Of a DNA stretch of 64,000 bases, positions 57,392-64,000 are shown piece by piece. The notes under the pieces are model-generated. The model saw only the letters and a program-made list of their open reading frames with translations, was not told the origin of the DNA and made no database searches. Origin of the DNA: a virus. Made by a program: the position numbers and the translations under genes. The stretch lies in the IMG/VR virus record IMGVR_UViG_3300025646_005470; one strand, given 5' to 3'. Within the stretch, counting starts at the first letter, position 1; every line of letters starts with the position of its first letter.

Positions 57392-58246
57392 TCAATCGTC
57401 TTTTTTGACCAAAGTAAACTGTTCTGAAATATTACCTTGGAAAGCATAAGATCCATAGTGATCTAAATTAATTGACGGATCCATCCAAATTTCACCACCC
57501 ATTTTTTGCCAACGTCTACAGAATGTATAATCTTCTGAAAGATACCTTCTTGATTCTGGTTCAATCATTGTGTCAAATAATGCATAAAAATATGGTTGTA
57601 AACTTGGATCCGTATTTAGATCATTATTGTATCTTGTATCAGCATATTCTTTAGTCATTTTATCTATGACTTCTCGTTTGATCATCATAAATCCTGTACC
57701 AGCATCTAACACAGGAATTAATCCTTTTATCAATGGAATTTCTTTTGTGTCGCTGTGTTCACGTTTGATATTTAACACGTATGATGCTTGAAACTTTGCT
57801 AGTTCAAATGGATCAGTTGTTTTTTGATCTGTGGCTACTCCATGTACTGCTGGCCAATTAATTGATTTTTTAGGATAAGCACCTGTAACAATCTCTTTGT
57901 CTCTGTGTAATAGTTTAATAATATCTTGAGGTATAAATCCAATATCAGCATCAATAAACATCAAATGAGTAAATTGTGGATCTTTTAAAAACATTGCTGT
58001 AAGGGTGTTGCGAGCTCGTGTAACTAAACTTTCATTTGAAAGAGTTGCTAGTGTAAAATTTAACCCATAGTGTTTGAAAAGAATAGCAAGACCTGTCATT
58101 GCTTTTAGATACGGTTCACCTATCATACCACCATAACAAGGTGTTGCAATCATTACATGATGTTTTCTTAATGTTTCTATGTCAACATCAATACGATCAT
58201 TCATGTTTTTACTTAATGGTTGATTTAATTTTGTTTCGTCGCTCAT
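57392..58246 (-). CDS. GT-A fold glycosyltransferase-like protein
   Basis: ATPCYGG, ESLVTRARN, THLMFIDADI (DxD), SEDYTFC. Confidence 0.75.
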   Translation of the reverse strand: MSDETKLNQPLSKNMNDRIDVDIETLRKHHVMIATPCYGGMIGEPYLKAMTGLAILFKHYGLNFTLATLSNESLVTRARNTLTAMFLKDPQFTHLMFIDADIGFIPQDIIKLLHRDKEIVTGAYPKKSINWPAVHGVATDQKTTDPFELAKFQASYVLNIKREHSDTKEIPLIKGLIPVLDAGTGFMMIKREVIDKMTKEYADTRYNNDLNTDPSLQPYFYALFDTMIEPESRRYLSEDYTFCRRWQKMGGEIWMDPSINLDHYGSYAFQGNISEQFTLVKKDD

Positions 58247-58249
58247 TTA

Positions 58250-58609
58250 TTAATCTCCTGTTCCAGGTTTTTCAGACAGAAGACCTTTTTTTGATTTGCC
58301 GTAATTTTTTGGATCATATTCATCTGCTTCTGGTAATGCATCTTTTTTCTTTGTGATATTTGGCCATTGTTTAGCATACTCAGTATTTATGTGAACCCAA
58401 TAGTCTAATTCTGATTTAGCAATATTTGGATCAGTATCTGCCACAATTGCATCAACTGGACATTCTGGCTCACATACGCCACAGTCGATACATTCGTCTG
58501 GATTAATGGCTAGAAAATTTTCTCCTTCATAGAAACAATCTACTGGACAAACTTCAACACAGTCTGTATGTTTACATTTAATACAGTTTTCATTTACTAC
58601 GTAGGTCAT
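58250..58609 (-). CDS. fdxA: FdxA-type ferredoxin (two Fe-S clusters)
   Basis: [21 protein letters not shown]; [12 protein letters not shown]; ATG 6 nt after TTGACT-17-TATTAT. Confidence 0.95.
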   Translation of the reverse strand: MTYVVNENCIKCKHTDCVEVCPVDCFYEGENFLAINPDECIDCGVCEPECPVDAIVADTDPNIAKSELDYWVHINTEYAKQWPNITKKKDALPEADEYDPKNYGKSKKGLLSEKPGTGD

Positions 58610-58648
58610 AGTTGTATAATACTATAGATAGTTAAAAAAGTCAAGTAA

Positions 58649-59275
58649 TTAACTAATAATATTATCCCAAGATGGTCTTGGTTTGTCAGGATGTTTTTCT
58701 TTGTTTGATTCTTTCTCACTTGCAAAACCAAACCCTACCATCACTATAGGTAAACCTTCTATGTCTAAAAATTCTTTTAAACATTCATTATCAAAACAAC
58801 CACAAAAGCCACTCTGCACTCCAAGAGATTCTGCTGTTATAATTGAATTCCAACAAGACAATCCAATATCAAGATAATCGTTATCTATTGGATCTCCGTC
58901 TGCAAAATACCATACTAAAAGTAATGGAGCAAGTGCTTGTCCGTTTATTTGTGTTCTTAATATTCTTTGATTATTCCACTCATATGCTTCTTTAACTGAT
59001 CTTGGTGATCTTAAAACCATTAAATCATTATCGTCACTATAACGAACTTCTTTGTTTGATACTGTACAGATATATTCATATAGTCCTACTTTGGCACGTC
59101 TATGTTCTAAACTTTGCCCTAATACTTTTACTTTAAAGTTGTATCTATTATTACAAGAAGGCGTTTGTGCTACTGATTTTTTAATCAAATCAACAATATG
59201 TTGTGGAATTGGGTTACCATCAAAATACTTAACTGTTGTTCTTTGTTCTAATATCTTTTCTAATTGATCTAACAT
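58649..59275 (-). CDS. nitroreductase-family flavoprotein
   Basis: RTTVKYF, TPSCNN, AESLGVQSGFCG, VGFG. Confidence 0.8.
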   Translation of the reverse strand: MLDQLEKILEQRTTVKYFDGNPIPQHIVDLIKKSVAQTPSCNNRYNFKVKVLGQSLEHRRAKVGLYEYICTVSNKEVRYSDDNDLMVLRSPRSVKEAYEWNNQRILRTQINGQALAPLLLVWYFADGDPIDNDYLDIGLSCWNSIITAESLGVQSGFCGCFDNECLKEFLDIEGLPIVMVGFGFASEKESNKEKHPDKPRPSWDNIIS

Positions 59276-59306
59276 AACTTTATTTATAATAGTAGTTAAT
59301 TATATA

Positions 59307-59396
59307 TGGCGGAAGGGGAGAGATTCGAACTCTCGATAGACTTGCGCCTATGCCGGTTTTCAAGACCGGTGCATTCAACCGCTCTGCCACCCTTCC
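59307..59396 (-). tRNA. tRNA-Ser(TGA)
   Basis: 90 nt with long variable arm, GGAAGGG...CCCTTCCGCCA, loop CTTGAAA. Confidence 0.95.
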
Positions 59397-59407
59397 TTTT
59401 AAATTAT

Positions 59408-60232
59408 TTATTGCTTTTCGATTTCAACATATTTTTCATAAATTTTTAAATTAGGAATAATATCTAGATGTTCACAAACACGTAAATATTCATCTTTATT
59501 ACTAATTAAATTTTCAATATCTAGACAATAAATATTTTTATTTTTTAAATCTTTAAACTTACTGTTCCAATTTTCTAATAATGTTATAAAACTATTTCTA
59601 TAATGAATACGTATTGAATCTCTATTAATATTTTTGTTCCACTGTTGTTCATGATGAACTCTTTCTAAAATATTATTTTTGTATCTATTATAACTCTTTG
59701 TATCTAAAATTTCTTTCCTAAAAACAATTTTATCAGTCTCATTTTTTAATGTATACTCTTCCATGCAATTTTCAAATGCAAGTATAAGTGTATTAACCAT
59801 TTTATCAATATAATTCATATTACTATTAACTAAAAGAACTTTAGACTCTTTAAACAAATTATTGTAATCAACATAATGTTGATGACCTTTCATTAACAAC
59901 TTTTTATCTTTAAATTTTTTATAAAATCTATCATTCCATTCTTGTTGCCATTGTTTCATATACTCAGTATCTTGATCATAAAACAACCAAAAAGGATCAT
60001 GTTGATAAAGATTAATTCTTTCTCCTTCGACCACAACACTTGTATAATCTACTTTTGTTTGATCTCTATGCCATTTACTAATTTTATAAAAAGGATTTGT
60101 AATTGTACTTTCTGTTGGATACTCGTTAAATACATTTTTTGATTTTAAAAATAATTCCCATAAAAAATGACCTTTGTGTCCAAATGGAAACCCAATATAT
60201 ATTACATTATCTGAATTAAAAAAATTCTTCAT
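59408..60232 (-). CDS. hypothetical protein (possibly sulfotransferase/P-loop-like)
   Basis: FPFGHKGHFL, KGH, LRVCEHL; very AT-rich. Confidence 0.45.
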   Translation of the reverse strand: MKNFFNSDNVIYIGFPFGHKGHFLWELFLKSKNVFNEYPTESTITNPFYKISKWHRDQTKVDYTSVVVEGERINLYQHDPFWLFYDQDTEYMKQWQQEWNDRFYKKFKDKKLLMKGHQHYVDYNNLFKESKVLLVNSNMNYIDKMVNTLILAFENCMEEYTLKNETDKIVFRKEILDTKSYNRYKNNILERVHHEQQWNKNINRDSIRIHYRNSFITLLENWNSKFKDLKNKNIYCLDIENLISNKDEYLRVCEHLDIIPNLKIYEKYVEIEKQ

Positions 60233-60764
60233 ACTTTTTAATATTATCTATTACCTGTTCTTTAAACAATTTACAACCTTTGGCTACATTTTCTGCCCAA
60301 TTATCCGGAGCATCACTATCTGCAGAATCAGAAATGTATTTGTAACATAAAAATTTAACTTTGTATTTTTTACAAATTTTTGCTATTGCATAGGCTTCCA
60401 TGTCTACAATATCACATTCTATTTTTGGTTTAGAGATAGCAAATGTATCTCCTGTTCCGCACACTACTTTTGATGTTCCTAACATAATGTCTTTTTCAAA
60501 AGGTGTTTGACCTAATTTAAAACCTTGTGGTGTTGCATCCATGTCACGATCAACAAAACCTGTTACTTGTACTAATCCACTAATTTCTTTTTTTAATGTG
60601 CCTGCTGTGCCGTAGTTAACAATTAACTTTGGTTTATAATCTTTGATAATTTGTTCTGTAGTAGAGGCGGCATTAATTTTGCCTACACCTGTAAAGAATA
60701 TTTCTGTATTATAGAGACCTTCTACTTCTTGTGGTAAAGCACACAATATTTTTATATTATTCAT
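60216..60764 (-). CDS. mtnN: MTA/SAH nucleosidase
   Basis: TGVGKINAA, NYGTAG, TGDTF, VDMEAYAI, KYISD; start set at MNNIK. Confidence 0.88.
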   Translation of the reverse strand: MNNIKILCALPQEVEGLYNTEIFFTGVGKINAASTTEQIIKDYKPKLIVNYGTAGTLKKEISGLVQVTGFVDRDMDATPQGFKLGQTPFEKDIMLGTSKVVCGTGDTFAISKPKIECDIVDMEAYAIAKICKKYKVKFLCYKYISDSADSDAPDNWAENVAKGCKLFKEQVIDNIKKYEEFF

Positions 60765-60765
60765 T

Positions 60766-61665
60766 TTATGTAAATTTTTTAATTGTTTGTAACAATCCGT
60801 AACCAGCAATGCCTGCCGTAATTAAATGTCTCATACAAGGATCACTCATTAATCCATCTAACAATCCTGCTATAGCGGCATTGGTAATTCTTGCAATTGC
60901 TCCTGCTAGATTTGCCAAGTCTGCTAGTATCATTTGTGCAAGTTGAACTATATATCCAATTATACCTGCAATTAAATTTAAAAGTCCTATTGCTTGTCCG
61001 ATAAAAGCAAGTATTTGATTTAGTATTCCGGCACCTTTTGACAATGCACCAAAAATATCATCTATAAATGCACAAGGTCCTGTGCCCACTGCGGCCGCGG
61101 CTCCTAATGATGTATTAAGTGCATTTATACCTTGTCCTATTGATAACATCTGTCCAATTGGTCTTGGCAAATGACCTGTAGGTAAAGTAAAACTTGGTCC
61201 GCCACTTACACCTAAAAACGAAAAAGGATTTGATTGTCCATAGTCTGTTTGATCAACACCACTTTGTATATTAGTATGTCTATTAAAATCATTTAATATT
61301 CCATCAACTTTTTGCAAATCTAAAACTTCAGCATCTGTCATTGGACGACCAAGTTCTGTTACTGTTGCTCTTGTTGATAAATTTGGATCATCCCAACCAG
61401 AGGGCAAACTGTTTATGCCATTCCAACCAACACCATTTCCATCATATAATCCTGATCTAATTTGCGATATTGTTTGAGTATGTGGATTTTGAAATGCTGG
61501 CATTGTCTTAATATCGTTACCCCATAAATCTTTAGCATCAGTAACATCAAATAATCCATTTTGTAAACTTTCTTTTGCAATTGGTCCAAGGCTTTGACTA
61601 ATTGCTGTGCCTTCAAAATCTTTAAACAGTCCTTGGTCTTCACCTGGTAATATTGTTTGTGTCAT
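60766..61665 (-). CDS. hypothetical protein, possibly baseplate-associated
   Basis: Directly after the PAAR gene; amphipathic Ala/Gly/Leu-rich C-terminal half. Confidence 0.5.
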   Translation of the reverse strand: MTQTILPGEDQGLFKDFEGTAISQSLGPIAKESLQNGLFDVTDAKDLWGNDIKTMPAFQNPHTQTISQIRSGLYDGNGVGWNGINSLPSGWDDPNLSTRATVTELGRPMTDAEVLDLQKVDGILNDFNRHTNIQSGVDQTDYGQSNPFSFLGVSGGPSFTLPTGHLPRPIGQMLSIGQGINALNTSLGAAAAVGTGPCAFIDDIFGALSKGAGILNQILAFIGQAIGLLNLIAGIIGYIVQLAQMILADLANLAGAIARITNAAIAGLLDGLMSDPCMRHLITAGIAGYGLLQTIKKFT

Positions 61666-61674
61666 TTTTTATTC

Positions 61675-61965
61675 CTAACCATTTGCAATCACATTTGGTG
61701 ATCCTGCATTAACTTTTATCCCACAACCATAAGAATCACCAATTCTTCCAATTGGTTGATTATTTGCATACACATTTGGAGATCCTGATGCCAATGCTGT
61801 TGAATGTGGTACACACAATATAAATCCATGCGGTGTATTTGAGTCACCTACTCTGTGTACAGCAATATTATTTGCTAAAACATTTGGTGACCCGGTTGCA
61901 CACGATCCCGGGGAACATGGTGCATGATTTGTGTCTGCATCTCCAACTCTTGCTACTTGTGGCAT
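61675..61965 (-). CDS. PAAR-repeat spike tip protein
   Basis: ARVGD, GSPNV repeats, HRVGD, GRIGDSYGCG; Zn His/Cys; late promoter at 61987. Confidence 0.92.
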   Translation of the reverse strand: MPQVARVGDADTNHAPCSPGSCATGSPNVLANNIAVHRVGDSNTPHGFILCVPHSTALASGSPNVYANNQPIGRIGDSYGCGIKVNAGSPNVIANG

Positions 61966-61992
61966 TTGTTTCTCCTATTATAATAGTATTTA

Positions 61993-62301
61993 TTATACAA
62001 CTATAGAAGGTGTACTAGGTGTAACAAGTTTAGATGTACTTTGTGTGTATGCATCTTTGGCCTGTTTATTGGCTAAAACTGCGGTGATCACTGTGCTTTT
62101 TAAAAACTCAAAAGTTGCTTCAGGATCAGCCATAATCATATATGCTGTCATTCCAACACCTTGTTGAGTCATTGCAAGTGCTAGTGGTTTTGATACTTTG
62201 TAAGATGTATCGGTTTCTTCAACTAATTTTGCAATTACTTCATCACTACCAACAGTACGAAATACCACAATGTCATCTTTGTTTAGTTTTTGTTTTAACA
62301 T
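61993..62301 (-). CDS. small beta-rich (Sm-like) phage protein
   Basis: DIVVFRTVGSDEVIAKL...VSKPL; ends PSIVV. Confidence 0.55.
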   Translation of the reverse strand: MLKQKLNKDDIVVFRTVGSDEVIAKLVEETDTSYKVSKPLALAMTQQGVGMTAYMIMADPEATFEFLKSTVITAVLANKQAKDAYTQSTSKLVTPSTPSIVV

Positions 62302-62342
62302 GTTTTACTTTCTACTTTCAAAATATGGAATAAAAACATCAT
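62240..62342. repeat. direct repeat copy 1 (copy 2 at 63247-63349)
   Basis: 66 bp identical core 62272-62337 = 63279-63344, offset 1007 bp. Confidence 0.95.
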
Positions 62343-63198
62343 TAACAAGCATTCTCCAGTATTTGCTGTCTAAATGCATTCCATCTGCTAGAAACCCTGT
62401 TTCTAAATTTGGTTTATAGTTTTTAACAACATAATCATTTAATGTTTTATTATTAATTATTTCATTAACACATTTAACATTATAATGTCTAAATAGATTT
62501 ATGTCAAACTCAAAATCAGTTTTACTATTAGAATTGATATTAATATTAGGTTGAAAATTATAATTAAACCATGCATAATTAATTTTATTGTATTCTAAAT
62601 AATTAGATATCATAATCACTTGAGAAAAAATAAAATCAATATAATATTCTTTATTTAGATATACATTTAATGATGTTAGACTTTTTATTGACTTTGAGCT
62701 AAGACCTTTCATTTTTACTATATCTAAATTTTTAAATTTTTCAAAATTCATCGGGTCTAATCCTGTATCGCCTGGACCATAACTATATAAATATTTTTCA
62801 AGTTGTTTTTTATTATCTAAGTGCCAATAATTATTAGTAAATGCATCTTTATGTTTGTATAAAGTTGTATCAAGTGCTACCTCAAATCTACCATAACATG
62901 GAATTTCTAAAAGTAACATATCTGGATTTATATTCTTAACTATCTCTATTACTCTTAATGAGTATGTGTTTATTCCATACCCTCCTAACCCTTTATTAAA
63001 ATAATTTTGATATCCTAACTTGTCTGAAAGTACATTTGACCAAGTTTTTTCTTTAGCACAATCAATGTAGTAATCAAGTTTGTTTATTCTTTGATTACTA
63101 TATTCGTTAATACAAAAATTATCTTCTTTGTTAAGTGAATTTGAATTTGCAAAATTTTCATGAACGTTGCTTGTTCCAATTGCCACAAAGTTTTTCAT
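62305..63198 (-). CDS. SGNH/GDSL hydrolase-like protein
   Basis: AIGTSN, NKGLGGYG, DGMH (DxxH). Confidence 0.65.
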   Translation of the reverse strand: MKNFVAIGTSNVHENFANSNSLNKEDNFCINEYSNQRINKLDYYIDCAKEKTWSNVLSDKLGYQNYFNKGLGGYGINTYSLRVIEIVKNINPDMLLLEIPCYGRFEVALDTTLYKHKDAFTNNYWHLDNKKQLEKYLYSYGPGDTGLDPMNFEKFKNLDIVKMKGLSSKSIKSLTSLNVYLNKEYYIDFIFSQVIMISNYLEYNKINYAWFNYNFQPNININSNSKTDFEFDINLFRHYNVKCVNEIINNKTLNDYVVKNYKPNLETGFLADGMHLDSKYWRMLVNDVFIPYFESRK

Positions 63199-63200
63199 AA

Positions 63201-63308
63201 TTAATAATTAAAGTTCAAAATCTTCAAAAGTTTTATCATCAACATCTCGTCACTGCCCACAGTACGAAATACTACAACGTCATCTTTGTTTAGTTTTTGT
63301 TTTAACAT
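63201..63308 (-). pseudogene. truncated duplicate of the 61993-62301 gene
   Basis: MLKQKLNKDDVVVFRTVGSDE then diverges and stops at 35 aa. Confidence 0.8.
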
Positions 63309-63349
63309 GTTTTACTTTCTACTTTCAAAATATGGAATAAAAACGTCAT
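63247..63349. repeat. direct repeat copy 2
   Basis: See copy 1. Confidence 0.95.
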
Positions 63350-64000
63350 CAACTATTTGTTTCCAGTGCTTACTATTTAAATGTACGCTGTCTGCATAAT
63401 AATCTTTATCATCAAAATTTTTGTTTATATAATCATATATGCTTTTATATCCTATTTGTTTATTCACATAGTTTATATTATACTTACTTATAATTGATTT
63501 GTCAACTTCACAATTAAAATTAAAAAAGGCATGATCAATCTTTTGATTGTCTAGGTATCCGGATATTATTAAACACATGCTAATTATTTGATCTTCATAG
63601 TACAATTTATTTCTATAAACATTTAATCTTGTTGATTGTTGTAAAATTGATGCAGGAATTTTAGTTGATAGATTTTGAAATTTTTCTAAGTTAGAAGGAT
63701 TAATATCAGTGTCACCGTTATTTATTTTATACAAATATGTAGAAGGTTTATATTTCCCGTTTCCTACATATCCAAGTTCGTTAGGTTCTAACCAGTGCTC
63801 GTCAAGTAATATATCCCCAGAACAATATTCATCATGGTGAATTGCAACTTCGTATCTGTCATATGACGGTATTTCTATCAATACAAAGTCTGGAGATAAA
63901 TCAGTTACTACAGAAACAAATCTAGCAGGATACGTTTCTATTCCATAAGATCCTATTGCACGATTATAATAGTTTTGGTAGTCTAGTTTTTTAGAAAGGT
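63312..64000 (-). CDS. SGNH hydrolase-like paralog, 5' end beyond the window
   Basis: Frame open to the edge (LSKKLDYQNYYNRAIGSYG...), DSVH, same VFIPYFESRK end as 62305-63198. Confidence 0.7.
   Translation of the reverse strand, partial: LSKKLDYQNYYNRAIGSYGIETYPARFVSVVTDLSPDFVLIEIPSYDRYEVAIHHDEYCSGDILLDEHWLEPNELGYVGNGKYKPSTYLYKINNGDTDINPSNLEKFQNLSTKIPASILQQSTRLNVYRNKLYYEDQIISMCLIISGYLDNQKIDHAFFNFNCEVDKSIISKYNINYVNKQIGYKSIYDYINKNFDDKDYYADSVHLNSKHWKQIVDDVFIPYFESRK

Overview
A 64 kb segment of a large, AT-rich, T4-like (myovirus/jumbo-type) phage genome. Every supportable gene is on the minus strand, and the + strand ORFs are shadows. Phage evidence: T4-type late promoters (TATAAATA and variants), a PAAR spike protein, a tail-fibre protein, an ATP-dependent DNA ligase, a block of modular proteins with T4 internal-protein-like N-termini, and isolated host-type genes taken out of their bacterial operons. 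Several of those genes (Hsp20, ClpP, uL11, Prs, GuaC, SbmA, FdxA) read as alphaproteobacterial and SAR11-like, so a marine alphaproteobacterial host is inferred, not shown. Contents: six tRNAs (Thr, Asn, Glu, Asp, Val, Ser); translation genes (bL33, bS21, uL11, IF3, RimK, Smr-only protein, CspA); an RNA polymerase omega-like protein; ClpX, ClpP and ClpS; an iron/Fe-S set (FTR1, NfuA, SufT/DUF59, two ferredoxins); a MotA/ExbB-type three-gene membrane module next to SbmA; nucleotide/NAD/polyamine enzymes; and a coupled cluster of four radical SAM enzymes with an amidinotransferase, methyltransferase and glycosyltransferase. Best leads for something undescribed: the radical-SAM/amidinotransferase cluster with its iron supply chain, a ~280 nt late-promoter-driven structured RNA, the capsid-targeted modular proteins including a candidate ADP-ribosyltransferase, and the translation/stringent-response toolkit paired with many leaderless promoters. 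All calls come from motif recognition and hand folding; no database search was run.
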